Below, piece after piece: positions 50,826-62,856 of a stretch of 64,000 nt of DNA. The DNA is from Candidatus Yanofskybacteria bacterium RIFCSPHIGHO2_01_FULL_41_26 (GTDB taxonomy: Bacteria > Patescibacteriota > Minisyncoccia > 2-02-FULL-40-12 > GWA2-44-9). The notes below the pieces were generated by a model that was given only the letters and a program-made list of their open reading frames with translations, was not told where the DNA came from and searched no databases. The stretch lies in assembly GCA_001794055.1 (NCBI GenBank), contig MGJB01000006.1, positions 90,168 to 154,167 of the forward strand, in the 5' to 3' direction. How positions within the stretch are numbered: the stretch's first letter is position 1; every line of letters starts with the position of its first letter. The translations under genes were made by a program, and so were the position numbers.

Positions 50826-51563
50826 ATGGAAATATGGGCACATCAGGGCAAAATAAGCCCAAATTACCCGGGGAATACTTTAGCTGACTTTAATCAGGCT
50901 CATGAAATAGGCGTCAAGGGAATTGAAACCGATGTTTGTTTTACTGCTCCGGACAAAAATGGAAAACAAAGGCCTGTAATTCATCATCCCAACAAAGACG
51001 GTGCTCCGCCAAACGAAAGTCTTCCAAGCCTAGATTCGTTTTTGGAATTACTTAAAAGCTTACCTAAGCTTTCATGTTGTCTTGAACTAAAAGAAGATAA
51101 TGAAAAACTGGTAAGCGCAGTAGTTGATAAAATTACTGAATACGGACTAGAGGGTAGGATTTATCTCACCGTTTGCCAAACAAGGGTCCCATTTCTGCAA
51201 CTTGAAGCTTCAGCAAAACTTATTTTTAAAGCCAGAGTCCAAAATCCCAAAATTAAAACCCACATCATCGCGACATTTCCATTCAACCTGCCTGCTTTAG
51301 CCCGCAAATACAGTCCCGATATCATATCCCTCGGTTGGCTGCCTGAATCAAAATTAAGTGAATGGTTTTTTAAAACGTTTTTGATGAAACTTGTAAATTT
51401 GAGGCACCAAATAAAACTGGTTCAGGATGCGGGCACAAAAATTATCGGAGGAATTGTAAATGAAGAAAAAGATTTTGAATATTTTGTCCATCTTAACGTA
51501 GATGGAATTATGACCGATAACTCTATCACCGCCATGAAATTCATAGAAACAAAATCCCCTTAA
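50826..51563 (+). CDS. Glycerophosphodiester phosphodiesterase family
   Basis: AHQG, PGNTLADF, GIETDV, LELK, VDGIMTD. Confidence 0.8.
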   Translation: MEIWAHQGKISPNYPGNTLADFNQAHEIGVKGIETDVCFTAPDKNGKQRPVIHHPNKDGAPPNESLPSLDSFLELLKSLPKLSCCLELKEDNEKLVSAVVDKITEYGLEGRIYLTVCQTRVPFLQLEASAKLIFKARVQNPKIKTHIIATFPFNLPALARKYSPDIISLGWLPESKLSEWFFKTFLMKLVNLRHQIKLVQDAGTKIIGGIVNEEKDFEYFVHLNVDGIMTDNSITAMKFIETKSP

Positions 51564-51572
51564 CGGGGATTT
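51552..51572. terminator. Hairpin between convergent genes
   Basis: AAATCCCC-TTAAC-GGGGATTT. Confidence 0.6.
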
Positions 51573-51609
51573 ATTACGTAGGATAAAGATTGTGTAAACT
51601 GTTAAAATT

Positions 51610-53610
51610 TTACAAAAACCTTGCTATAAGCAGCGCCACAATGTTGGCCACCTTAATCATTGGATTGATGGCTGGGCCGGCGGTATCTTTGTAAGGGTCG
51701 CCTACCGTATCTCCTGTTACAGCCGCCTTGTGAGCATCGGATCCTTTTCCACCATAGTTTCCGTCTTCAATATATTTTTTGGCGTTGTCCCAAGCCGCAC
51801 CACCCGATGTCATTGAAATCGCAACAAACAATCCAGTAACAATCACGCCGACGAGCAATCCCCCAAGCGCCTCAGGGCCAAGAATAAATCCAACAAGCAC
51901 AGGAATAAGTATCGGTATTAAAGCCGGCAATATCATCTCCCTCAATGCGGCCTTGGTCACAATATCAACCGCAGTCGAATAATCAGGTTTTGCTGTTCCT
52001 TGCATAATTCCAGCTATCTCCCTGAACTGTCTTCGTACCTCATCAACAACTGCTCCCGCTGCTTTTCCAACAGATTGCATGGCAAGCGAACCAAACAAGT
52101 AAGGCATCATTCCTCCGATAAATAATCCAATGAGCACTCTGATGTCGGAAAGTTCAAAAACTACAATTCTTCCAAATTCAGAAAGTTCCTGCGTGTATGC
52201 CGCAAACAAAACCATTGCCGCGAGTCCCGCCGAAGCAATAGCATATCCTTTTGTGACAGCTTTAGTTGTATTTCCAACAGCATCAAGTGTGTCAGTGTGT
52301 TCACGAACTTCCTTCGGTAATCCCGCCATCTCGGCGATACCGCCGGCGTTGTCGGTAATCGGACCAAACGAGTCAATCGCCAAAATAAGACCGGTTAAAG
52401 AAAGCATGCTCATCGTTGCTAATGCAATTCCATATAATCCCGTCAATGAATAAGCGAGGAACATTGCCCCGGCAATTACAATTACAGGTAACGTGGTTGA
52501 TTCCATTGAGACGGCTAGTCCAGCAATAATGTTTGTGCCGTGTCCGGTCGTTGAGGCCTTGGCAATCTTTTTAACAGGGCTGAATTTTTTAGAAGTATAA
52601 TAATCCGTCACTAAAACCATAAGAGCCGTAACCGCGATACCAATTAATAAGGACGAAAACAATCCTCCATTGCTAATTCCACTTACGACAGTATTTCTGG
52701 TGACCCAATAAAATAATCCGACAAGAATAATTGCAGTAGCGCCAAGGCCCTTATAAAGAGCATTCATAATGCCACCAGCTTGCCCTGAGGAATTCGAAGG
52801 AGTGAGACGCACAAACAAAGAACCGATAATTGATGCAAAAACTCCTAGTGCTCCGATGAATAATGGAAATTCAACCACAGAGGTTGAACCTCCGTAAAGT
52901 AAACTACCGAGCAGCATTACCGATAAAGCCGAAACAACATAAGTTTCAAAAACATCGGCCGCCATGCCAGCACAATCGCTGACATTATCCCCCACCTGAT
53001 CGGCAATAACTGCTGGATTCCTGGGATCATCTTCGGGAATTCCGGCTTCAACTTTTCCGACAAGGTCGGCTCCGACATCAGCGCCTTTGGTAAATATTCC
53101 ACCTCCGAGACGAGCAAATACAGAAATTAAAGAAGCGCCAAAACCCAAACCAATAAGTGACTTCACATCACCACTCCACCAATAAAAAACTGTGAGCGAC
53201 AACAGAGCCAAACCAACAACAAAAAATCCGGTAACAGCACCGCCCTTAAAACCCATATCAAAAGCTCGAGCCAAACCATGTTTAGCTTCTTCAGCCACAC
53301 GGCCATTAGCCCTGACCGCAATCATCATTCCGATATATCCAGCTAAAGCAGATGAAACTGCACCAACAATAAATCCCGCTGCGAGTGTAAAACCAAGCCA
53401 TTTCCATAGTATTAAAACAGCAACCACTCCGACAAAAAAGACTGTTCTGTTTTGTCTTTTTAAATAAGCTGAAGCCCCTTCCTGAATGGCTTTTTGGATG
53501 GAGACCATTTTTTCATCCCCAGCCGACTTCTTGAGCACTCCCCAAATCAAAAACGCGCCATATCCCAGCGACGCCACCGACGCTAACAATGAAAGTAGTA
53601 ATGTATTCAT
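51610..53610 (-). CDS. hppA: Membrane-bound ion-translocating pyrophosphatase
   Basis: [53 protein letters not shown]. Confidence 0.95.
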   Translation of the reverse strand: MNTLLLSLLASVASLGYGAFLIWGVLKKSAGDEKMVSIQKAIQEGASAYLKRQNRTVFFVGVVAVLILWKWLGFTLAAGFIVGAVSSALAGYIGMMIAVRANGRVAEEAKHGLARAFDMGFKGGAVTGFFVVGLALLSLTVFYWWSGDVKSLIGLGFGASLISVFARLGGGIFTKGADVGADLVGKVEAGIPEDDPRNPAVIADQVGDNVSDCAGMAADVFETYVVSALSVMLLGSLLYGGSTSVVEFPLFIGALGVFASIIGSLFVRLTPSNSSGQAGGIMNALYKGLGATAIILVGLFYWVTRNTVVSGISNGGLFSSLLIGIAVTALMVLVTDYYTSKKFSPVKKIAKASTTGHGTNIIAGLAVSMESTTLPVIVIAGAMFLAYSLTGLYGIALATMSMLSLTGLILAIDSFGPITDNAGGIAEMAGLPKEVREHTDTLDAVGNTTKAVTKGYAIASAGLAAMVLFAAYTQELSEFGRIVVFELSDIRVLIGLFIGGMMPYLFGSLAMQSVGKAAGAVVDEVRRQFREIAGIMQGTAKPDYSTAVDIVTKAALREMILPALIPILIPVLVGFILGPEALGGLLVGVIVTGLFVAISMTSGGAAWDNAKKYIEDGNYGGKGSDAHKAAVTGDTVGDPYKDTAGPAINPMIKVANIVALLIARFL

Positions 53611-53656
53611 CCCGCTAAAATACCAAATTCTCCGAAAAATTTCAAATCGTTTCTAA

Positions 53657-53706
53657 AATACAATGGGGGTCTTTGTATAAATGTATACAAAGACCCCCAT
53701 TGTATT
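53657..53706. repeat. Perfect 23-bp-arm palindrome
   Basis: AATACAATGGGGGTCTTTGTATA-AATG-TATACAAAGACCCCCATTGTATT. Confidence 0.9.
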
Positions 53707-53800
53707 AGCACACCACCTCCGCCGGTTGATTAGGTTGATAGATGTAAATTGGCAATAATTTGTCAAACTAAAAGCCGAGATAAATCCCGGCCTTAAAAAA

Positions 53801-54181
53801 CTATTCCAATTCTGCCAGCCTTTTCTGTAAATTCTCTATTTCTCTTAATGTACTTTCCGTTCCTTGCCATCTAGCCCTACCGGCAACAATCGTGAGCTCA
53901 TCTATTCTGGCCTTAAGAATCTTTTTCTCGTTACGACCACATTGCAAACCAAAACAAAAAGCTTTGGCCAAATTAGATGGAGTAAAAGGATCTTTGGTAA
54001 AAGATAAAAGATGTTCGATATTTTGAGAATACTCTTCGTTAGCCTTAAATGTTTCTAATATTTCCCAATAGTAATTGAAGCTGTCCCTACTTCCATTGGC
54101 TTGCCATAAATCTTCAAAGCTTCTATACAAACCACAACGAATATCGTTAGAAATCTTACTTTTCAATACAATAAATAACAT
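53801..54181 (-). CDS. Orphan hypothetical protein
   Basis: Strong GAGGAGGAG SD, own promoter and downstream hairpin. Confidence 0.6.
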   Translation of the reverse strand: MLFIVLKSKISNDIRCGLYRSFEDLWQANGSRDSFNYYWEILETFKANEEYSQNIEHLLSFTKDPFTPSNLAKAFCFGLQCGRNEKKILKARIDELTIVAGRARWQGTESTLREIENLQKRLAELE

Positions 54182-54388
54182 AGTCCTCTCCTCCTCTCCC
54201 GATTGTTAAAGTACCCCAGACAAAAAACCACCTTGGCTTGTCTGGCCAAGACGTTCTTGAGAAAAGATAATCTTGAAGAGGGTTAACTAATCAAAACCGC
54301 CGTGGCCAAAAAGCCAAAATAGGCGTATTTCTTATAGCCACGGTTATTAACTGCCAAATTGTGGTTCTGGTTAAACTTCATTGAGAGA

Positions 54389-54417
54389 ATTTTAACAAAA
54401 TTTACCGATCTTGTCAA
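54389..54417 (-). promoter_or_regulatory. Sigma70 promoter
   Basis: Minus strand TTGACA-17 nt-TAAAAT. Confidence 0.72.
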
Positions 54418-54459
54418 ACCCCGCCTCATCAAATGACAAAAATAATGGGGGGCGGAGCG

Positions 54460-55485
54460 CTACACTCTCGGAGCGTCTATTTTTTCTACATCGTCTCGTT
54501 CCCCTATCTCAACTACATTCTTGACCCTGTCGGCCATAAGTGAGAGGCGTTTTTCGGAAGCATCGTATGCGGATTTAGTATTATCAATATGTTTTCCAAG
54601 GCGCTGGAAATCTTCGGCGAGTTTGTTGCTATCGGTGTAAATGCGTTCAAGGCGTTTCATGACTTCTTTGGTCTGCTTGTTAAATTCCACATCTTTAAAC
54701 CAGTGACGGATAGCTGATATTGAAAGAGCAAATGTGTTTGGTGAAACGAGAAAAACTCTTTTTGAACGGGCATAGCTCGGAATATCTACATCTTTAATGT
54801 TGTTAATAACTTCGTAATAAACCGTCTCGGCCGGCACATACATCAATGCCAAATCTGTTGTCCCCTCCGACGGCAAGAGATACTTGGATGCAATCTCATC
54901 TATTTTCTTTTTCACATCGGAATAAAATGATTTGCGATGAATATCTTTTTGAATGTCATTATCGGCGTTGACCATTTTTTCAAAATTTTCCCAATTGAAT
55001 TTAGAATCGATCGGCAAAATAAGTCTGTTTGGCAGATTCAACACAGCATCAACCGCTTCGCCCGATTTAAAATAATGCTGGAGCTCATACATGTCTTTGG
55101 AGAAATACTGATTGAGCGCCGCCTCAAGCGAAGCTTCACCCCAAATACCGCGAAGCTTCGGCGATTTAAAAATATCCTGAAATGAAGAAACGCTTTTCAC
55201 AGACGCGTGCATCTGTTTCATATTTTCCTGAATCTGGGTCATGTTCTGGGTAAAACTCTGAACCTGTCGACTTACGGTCAGTGTCGCTCGTTCGCCTGCT
55301 TGTCTGTTCTTTTCAAGTTGGTCATTCATCAGAGCCGAAAGAGCATCAAAGCGCTGATGGAGCACCAGATACTTCTCATCGGGTTCTTGTTTCTTCGGCC
55401 TCATCATCAAATAGACATTGATACCCAATAAAATCAGAGTTGCCGAAGAAACAACAAGAATTAATATAAATAATTGATTGGCCAT
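54460..55485 (-). CDS. rmuC: DNA recombination protein RmuC
   Basis: PKLRGIWGE, PIDSKF, IASKYL.P..TTDLALMYVPAE, VSPNT. Confidence 0.88.
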   Translation of the reverse strand: MANQLFILILVVSSATLILLGINVYLMMRPKKQEPDEKYLVLHQRFDALSALMNDQLEKNRQAGERATLTVSRQVQSFTQNMTQIQENMKQMHASVKSVSSFQDIFKSPKLRGIWGEASLEAALNQYFSKDMYELQHYFKSGEAVDAVLNLPNRLILPIDSKFNWENFEKMVNADNDIQKDIHRKSFYSDVKKKIDEIASKYLLPSEGTTDLALMYVPAETVYYEVINNIKDVDIPSYARSKRVFLVSPNTFALSISAIRHWFKDVEFNKQTKEVMKRLERIYTDSNKLAEDFQRLGKHIDNTKSAYDASEKRLSLMADRVKNVVEIGERDDVEKIDAPRV

Positions 55486-55553
55486 TGTGGTCAGATATTT
55501 AATCCATTTTATCATATAAAAAAACCTCTCGCAATGAGAGATTGAATATACAA

Positions 55554-56576
55554 CTAAGGAATCCACTGATATAAAAATCCGGGCGGAGGCAAAGCATTCT
55601 CAACAATTTTTTCCGCCTTCCCAGAATTTACACGCGAAACACTTTCAATGAAAGCATCAAAAAAACCAATTTCTTTCTGATAAATTACTAGCCGCGGATT
55701 AGTAACCCCGGTTAATTCTTTAGCCACTTCAATGGCTTTTTTTATATAGCCAACCTCGTCTACAAGACCGAGAAGCTTGGCGTCCTGAGCCGTCCAAACT
55801 TCGCCTGTAGCTAATACATCCATCTCTGAACTACCTAATTTCCTGCCCGCCCTCACGATCGCAACAAATCTTCCATACAAAGTATCGACAATCCTTTGAA
55901 GAACCCTTCTCTCTCTTTCAGACATTTTCCTGAAAGGAGAGCCGATATCTTTCATCTCGCTTGATTTAATAGTCTCTATTTTTAGTCCAATCTTTCCGGC
56001 CAAACCTTCAAAATTATACAATTCCATAATAACGCCGATACTTCCGACTATGGATGTCGGCGAGGCGACAATTTTGTCCGAGTTTGCGGTAATATAGTAA
56101 GCGCCCGAAGCAGACATGGAATTTACAAAAGCCACAGTCTTAATCCCATAAGTTTTAAGTTTTAACACCTCGTTGAACAGCTTATCGCAAGCCGTTACTT
56201 CACCGCCCGGACTGTCAATATAAAAAATGACCGCCTTAGTGGAAAAATTTTTCTGAGCCGCAATGAAAAGCTGGTCAAATAAATTTTGATAAGAATCTCC
56301 GTCCGCAATTGCTCCGTTTATCGGAATTATCACAAAATCGCCTGTTGTCGGTTTCTGATTCTCAACAATCTGGGATTGTATTGATATTTTATCCGAGAAC
56401 TGCCGATCTCTTATAGCTTCTTCAATAAATAATTTTTCTGTATAGTTTTTATAGACTTTTGAACTTCCACTAGAATTAAAAAACAAGTAATAACCGCCAA
56501 ACCAGACAACAAAGCCTATTGTTGCAGGTATAATGGATCTTATAAAAGCATTGGCCAAGACTCTTTTTATTTTCAC
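55554..56576 (-). CDS. sppA: Signal peptide peptidase SppA (S49)
   Basis: IDSPGG, SASGAYYI, GSIGVI, KDIGSPFR, GEVWTA..A..LGLVD; GTG start after AAGGA. Confidence 0.88.
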   Translation of the reverse strand: MKIKRVLANAFIRSIIPATIGFVVWFGGYYLFFNSSGSSKVYKNYTEKLFIEEAIRDRQFSDKISIQSQIVENQKPTTGDFVIIPINGAIADGDSYQNLFDQLFIAAQKNFSTKAVIFYIDSPGGEVTACDKLFNEVLKLKTYGIKTVAFVNSMSASGAYYITANSDKIVASPTSIVGSIGVIMELYNFEGLAGKIGLKIETIKSSEMKDIGSPFRKMSERERRVLQRIVDTLYGRFVAIVRAGRKLGSSEMDVLATGEVWTAQDAKLLGLVDEVGYIKKAIEVAKELTGVTNPRLVIYQKEIGFFDAFIESVSRVNSGKAEKIVENALPPPGFLYQWIP

Positions 56577-56648
56577 TTGATTCCTTTTTAAAGGTGCCCC
56601 GAAGAATAGATAACAAAAAACAGCAACCATGTCCAATCGCATCAAATT

Positions 56649-56724
56649 TGGTGGACCGGAGGGGGCTTGAACCCCTAACCTCCCGCGTGCAAGGCGGGTG
56701 CTCTACCAATTGAGCTACCGGCCC
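56649..56724 (-). tRNA. tRNA-Ala(UGC)
   Basis: Canonical cloverleaf, G3-U70, anticodon TGC, encoded CCA. Confidence 0.95.
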
Positions 56725-56789
56725 CTTACATTTTCAATAAATTATGCTATACTATAACACAGTTTATTGACACTTAAAAGGAATTCCGA

Positions 56790-57134
56790 ATGGTTACAAT
56801 AACACCTGATGCTGCCACTAAATTAAAAGAGTTGATCGCTCAAGAAAATAAAGACGCCCAAATTCCAGAAACCGCTGGTTTAAGATTGTTTGTCCAGGGC
56901 GGGGGTTGTTCAGGATTCCAATATGGGTTATCCATAGAAAAATCCCCGGCGGCAAACGACAGTGTTTTTGAATCTAATGGAATTAAGATTTTTGTTGATC
57001 CCATCAGTATCAGCTACTTGGCCGGAGCAGAAATAAGTTTTGAGGACAAAGACTTAATGGGCGGCGGATTTAAGATTAACAATCCTAATGCCAAAGGGAC
57101 CTGCGGCTGCGGCCAGTCGTTCGATCCCAAATAA
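56790..57134 (+). CDS. A-type Fe-S carrier (IscA/ErpA/HesB)
   Basis: LRLFVQGGGCSGFQY, NPNAKGTCGCGQSF. Confidence 0.93.
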   Translation: MVTITPDAATKLKELIAQENKDAQIPETAGLRLFVQGGGCSGFQYGLSIEKSPAANDSVFESNGIKIFVDPISISYLAGAEISFEDKDLMGGGFKINNPNAKGTCGCGQSFDPK

Positions 57135-57155
57135 CCCGTTTACAACGGGCTTTTT
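57135..57155 (+). terminator. Intrinsic terminator after the iscA-like gene
   Basis: CCCGTT-TAC-AACGGG-CTTTTT. Confidence 0.6.
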
Positions 57156-57187
57156 ATTTGGTAATCTTTTTATGTTTTTTATAATTT

Positions 57188-57259
57188 GCGGGCGTAGTTC
57201 AGTGGTAGAACGCTGTCCTGATAAGACAGAGGCCCTTGGTCCGATTCCAAGCGCCCGCA
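57188..57259 (+). tRNA. tRNA-Ile(GAU)
   Basis: Cloverleaf GCGGGCG/CGCCCGC, CTGTC-CT-GAT-AA-GACAG, A73; CCA not encoded. Confidence 0.88.
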
Positions 57260-57290
57260 CAAAAAAATAAGAAGTTTTCTAATGACATAT

Positions 57291-57881
57291 TTACAATGCC
57301 TGCAACTCTTTTAATGTTTTTCTGTAGAGGCCAACCGCTCTTTTGGCTTCAGTGTAGCGGAGAAAATAATTAGTGTCATGAACTAATCGGTTTCTTATCT
57401 TATGGGCTTCCCAAAGATTTTGAAGAGTTGTTAATTGGCCGGGTTGGATATTCATAAGCCGATCTCCCATCGTATCTCCGAGAAATCCGGCGCTTTTCAA
57501 CAACTCGTCAACCAGTTTGTCGGCTTCAATGACAGCAAATTTCCATTCTGCTTCGCGGGTGGAGTTAATGTGTTTTTCAATTTCTTCCCAGCGAACATTC
57601 AATCCTGATATAGCCGGTTGAGGAGGTAAGAATTCTTTGACTAAATTTACTTTTACCCCAATCAGTCTTTTTGTTTTTATTATAACTATTGCAATTAAAA
57701 TGCTGAGAAGAATACTGATTGCTATGAGAATTAATTTCACAATATTCCAGTTTTGGTCCTGTCCGAATCCCGGTAAATATTCCAAGGCTTGTGCAACTGT
57801 AAAATTTCCAATCTTAAAATCAGAAACATGATATAAATTTTCGGCAGTGTTTTGTATTAAGTTGTTATAGTAAACAGGCAT
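57291..57881 (-). CDS. Conserved hypothetical membrane protein
   Basis: One TM; WKFAVIEADKL, GDTMGDRL, WEAHKIRNRLVH. Confidence 0.7.
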   Translation of the reverse strand: MPVYYNNLIQNTAENLYHVSDFKIGNFTVAQALEYLPGFGQDQNWNIVKLILIAISILLSILIAIVIIKTKRLIGVKVNLVKEFLPPQPAISGLNVRWEEIEKHINSTREAEWKFAVIEADKLVDELLKSAGFLGDTMGDRLMNIQPGQLTTLQNLWEAHKIRNRLVHDTNYFLRYTEAKRAVGLYRKTLKELQAL

Positions 57882-59308
57882 TATTTTAGCACTTGTTCAA
57901 GCTGATAGGATACATTTAAAATTATTTCTTCGTCAAATGGCCGGCCTATAACCTGAAATCCAATTGGCATTTTGCTTTCTCTGCCCAAACCACAAGGAAT
58001 GGATATCCCCGGAAGGCCGGCAAGATTTAACGGAACAGTATAGATGTCTTCTAGGTACAGAGCCAAGGGATCGGACGTTTTCTCCCCCAACTTAAACGCC
58101 GTATGAGGCGCAGTTGGACCGACAATGACATCAACTCCGCCGGCTGACGGATTGAAAGCATCATCAAAATCTTTTTTAATTAAAGCCCTAACTTTTTGAG
58201 CTTTCAAATAATAAGCATCATAATAGCCGGATGATAATGCATAAGTGCCCAGCATAATACGGCGTTTAGGTTCAGGACCAAATCCTTCCGATCGAGATTC
58301 ACAATAAGAATCAAGCAAGGTTTTTGCGTCAGTTGATGAATAACCATAGCGAACACCATCGAAACGGGCAAGATTTGCTGAAACTTCGCATGGCACCGCT
58401 ATATAATATGCAGCCAAAGCATATTCAAAATTAGGCAGAGAAATATCGATAATATTACAACCAAGATTTTCTAATTTTTTGATAGTTGCTCTTATTTTTT
58501 CTTCAACTTCAGCCGAAAGTCCGGCACGAAAGAATTCTTTTGGCACACCAACCCTTAATCCTTTGATTGGTTTTTCAAGATTAGCAGTAAAATCGGGAAC
58601 TTCCCGGCTGACTGTGGTTGAGTCAAATATGTCATGGCCACAAATAACATTTAACACCAGAGCAGCATCATATACGTTTTTTGTAAGCGGACCAATTTGA
58701 TCAAATGATGAAGCCATGGCAATCAGACCATGCCTTGAGACCCGGCCATAAGTTGGTTTTAATCCGACAATTCCACACATGCTCGCAGGTTGGCGCACTG
58801 AACCGCCAGTATCAGAACCGAGAGCAAAAACAGCAAGGTCTGCGGCGACAGCCGCAGCAGAACCACCGGAAGAACCGCCGGGAACGCGAGTCAAATCATG
58901 AGGATTTTTAGTAGGTCCGAAAGCTGAATTTTCTGTTGAAGTCCCCATGGCGAATTCGTCAAGATTGGTTTTTCCAAGAAAGAATGTGCCGGCTTTTTTG
59001 AGTTTTTTAACAACTGTTGCATCATAAGAGGCGATATAATTTTTAAGTATTTTTGATCCGGCAGTAGCAATGGTTCCCTCAATAAGCATATTGTCCTTTA
59101 TTGCCGCAGGCACTCCAAACAAAGGTGTCCTTTGTTCCTCAAAATTTGTGGTATAATAATGTTGATCGAAAGTTGACAGATAGGCGTTTAGTTTTTTATT
59201 CTCCTTTTTAATTTTGTCAGAGTACTTTTTAAAAATTTCTTCTGCCTTAAAATGACCTTTTTGAAGGCCGTCTTTGATATCTTTAATTGTGAATCCTAAT
59301 GAGTTCAT
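57881..59308 (-). CDS. gatA: Asp/Glu-tRNA amidotransferase subunit A
   Basis: [50 protein letters not shown]. Confidence 0.95.
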   Translation of the reverse strand: MNSLGFTIKDIKDGLQKGHFKAEEIFKKYSDKIKKENKKLNAYLSTFDQHYYTTNFEEQRTPLFGVPAAIKDNMLIEGTIATAGSKILKNYIASYDATVVKKLKKAGTFFLGKTNLDEFAMGTSTENSAFGPTKNPHDLTRVPGGSSGGSAAAVAADLAVFALGSDTGGSVRQPASMCGIVGLKPTYGRVSRHGLIAMASSFDQIGPLTKNVYDAALVLNVICGHDIFDSTTVSREVPDFTANLEKPIKGLRVGVPKEFFRAGLSAEVEEKIRATIKKLENLGCNIIDISLPNFEYALAAYYIAVPCEVSANLARFDGVRYGYSSTDAKTLLDSYCESRSEGFGPEPKRRIMLGTYALSSGYYDAYYLKAQKVRALIKKDFDDAFNPSAGGVDVIVGPTAPHTAFKLGEKTSDPLALYLEDIYTVPLNLAGLPGISIPCGLGRESKMPIGFQVIGRPFDEEIILNVSYQLEQVLK

Positions 59309-59369
59309 AATGTTATAAAGTTCGTAAAGTTCATCAAGGGCTTTATAAACTTTAAAAACTTTTAACTTT

Positions 59370-59675
59370 CTACTTGCGCGAAAAAACACTTTTTATTTTA
59401 ATAAAACGTTTTTCGCTAGCTGGCGCTTGGCCGATAAGTTTTTTGTTTAATTCCTCATCCATTTCGAAATCCTTCCTATACTTATCTTCCCTGAAGGAAT
59501 CAACCAACCCTGTTGTCTGGTACAGAGGTTCAACCTTTGTAGTATCAACTTCGTTCAGTTTTTCTATATACTCCAAAATCGAAGAAAGATCTTTTTTAAG
59601 ACCTTTTTCTTCTTTCTCGCTTGTTTTTATTCTCGCCAGTTCGGCGATGTGTCTGACTTCTTTATCGGTTAGCAT
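59370..59675 (-). CDS. gatC: Asp/Glu-tRNA amidotransferase subunit C
   Basis: [31 protein letters not shown]. Confidence 0.88.
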   Translation of the reverse strand: MLTDKEVRHIAELARIKTSEKEEKGLKKDLSSILEYIEKLNEVDTTKVEPLYQTTGLVDSFREDKYRKDFEMDEELNKKLIGQAPASEKRFIKIKSVFSRK

Positions 59676-59847
59676 AAGAATGGAGTGGGTGGACAGCGTT
59701 TTCATTCTGTCAAGGTGAGCAATCCTGCGCCTTTTCTCAGCCACACCCACAGATAAAATATACCACGAATCAATTGGCATTATCACTATTGACCTACACA
59801 AGTTTTTATGATAATATAATAATATCTTTCGCTTTGGGTGGGACGAG

Positions 59848-61887
<2,040 letters not shown>

Positions 61888-61904
61888 TTAAACGGCTAAC
61901 AATA

Positions 61905-62273
61905 TTAATATTCCTGCACAATAAATGATCGCGAAACCCCTCTATAAGTTCCGACGACTCGATGATTAAGCGGTATTTCTGCAGAAGCGCATGTTGCCAC
62001 CGTATTTGCAGATCCAGGAAAGTATACGGCAAAAGTTGCACCGTTAGCCATGACTGGCTGTCCCGTAGCCGGCAACTTGCCTCTTTGAGTATACAGACAC
62101 CACTCCAAAGCACTGTCTGCCGCGTATTCCGCTACTGCTGAATTTATGGCGTTGCCGGCTGTTTTAAGTCTTGGCAATAATATATTACCCAAAGCTAAAG
62201 TGGTGGAAAGAATAACCCCCAGTATTAAAACGGAATAGATTAAAATTGAACCTTTTTGGGTTTTGTGTTTCAT
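61905..62273 (-). CDS. PilX-like minor pilin
   Basis: QKG/SILIYSV prepilin-like site without E5; AEYAADSALE. Confidence 0.7.
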   Translation of the reverse strand: MKHKTQKGSILIYSVLILGVILSTTLALGNILLPRLKTAGNAINSAVAEYAADSALEWCLYTQRGKLPATGQPVMANGATFAVYFPGSANTVATCASAEIPLNHRVVGTYRGVSRSFIVQEY

Positions 62274-62274
62274 G

Positions 62275-62838
62275 TTATGGATATGAAAATTCGTCAATCA
62301 CATCTCTGGAAGAAACTGATGTTTGAAGATTTATTTGAATAATTTCTTTACCAGTCCGGTTTTCTACTGTAGTAAGTATCGCCACTCGAGGCGTTTGTTT
62401 ATCGTTTGCCAGCGAACCTTTTACGCAAAAATTCATTCTTGCAAAATTTACGCTTGGCGTACTGACAGCCAAAAAGGCTCCCCCGTTCTCATTTTTTTCC
62501 ACGGATCCGTTATTTACCCTATAAACAACCGCTCCTTTACTGGGATGGGTTATCGTAAGTGTTGTTAGGTCGCAATTTGGAGATTCTTGATTGGCAATTC
62601 TACTTACCCTAATATCTCTAGACATCACCTCAAGGACAAACAATGAATTGTCCTGTATTTTTTGCGTTGCCAGCGTTCTTCTTTGAAGACTGACTATTTG
62701 AACAAAAATAGCGCTTACCGACATCCCTATAATGGAAAATATCAGAGAAGTAATCAAAACTTCAACTATGGTGAAACCTCTTTCTTGATTCTTGAACCCT
62801 GAATCTTGAGTCGGTTTTCTTAAGGTTTTATGTTTCAT
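62275..62838 (-). CDS. Type IV minor pilin (PilW-like)
   Basis: RG/FTIVEVL prepilin motif; EVMSRDIR. Confidence 0.8.
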   Translation of the reverse strand: MKHKTLRKPTQDSGFKNQERGFTIVEVLITSLIFSIIGMSVSAIFVQIVSLQRRTLATQKIQDNSLFVLEVMSRDIRVSRIANQESPNCDLTTLTITHPSKGAVVYRVNNGSVEKNENGGAFLAVSTPSVNFARMNFCVKGSLANDKQTPRVAILTTVENRTGKEIIQINLQTSVSSRDVIDEFSYP

Positions 62839-62856
62839 GATTTATATTGTATGATC

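Noticed and set aside
59309-59801. N-terminal extensions of gatA and gatC in the ORF track
   Set aside because: Open-frame run-through of repeats or intergenic DNA; homology starts at 59308 and 59675
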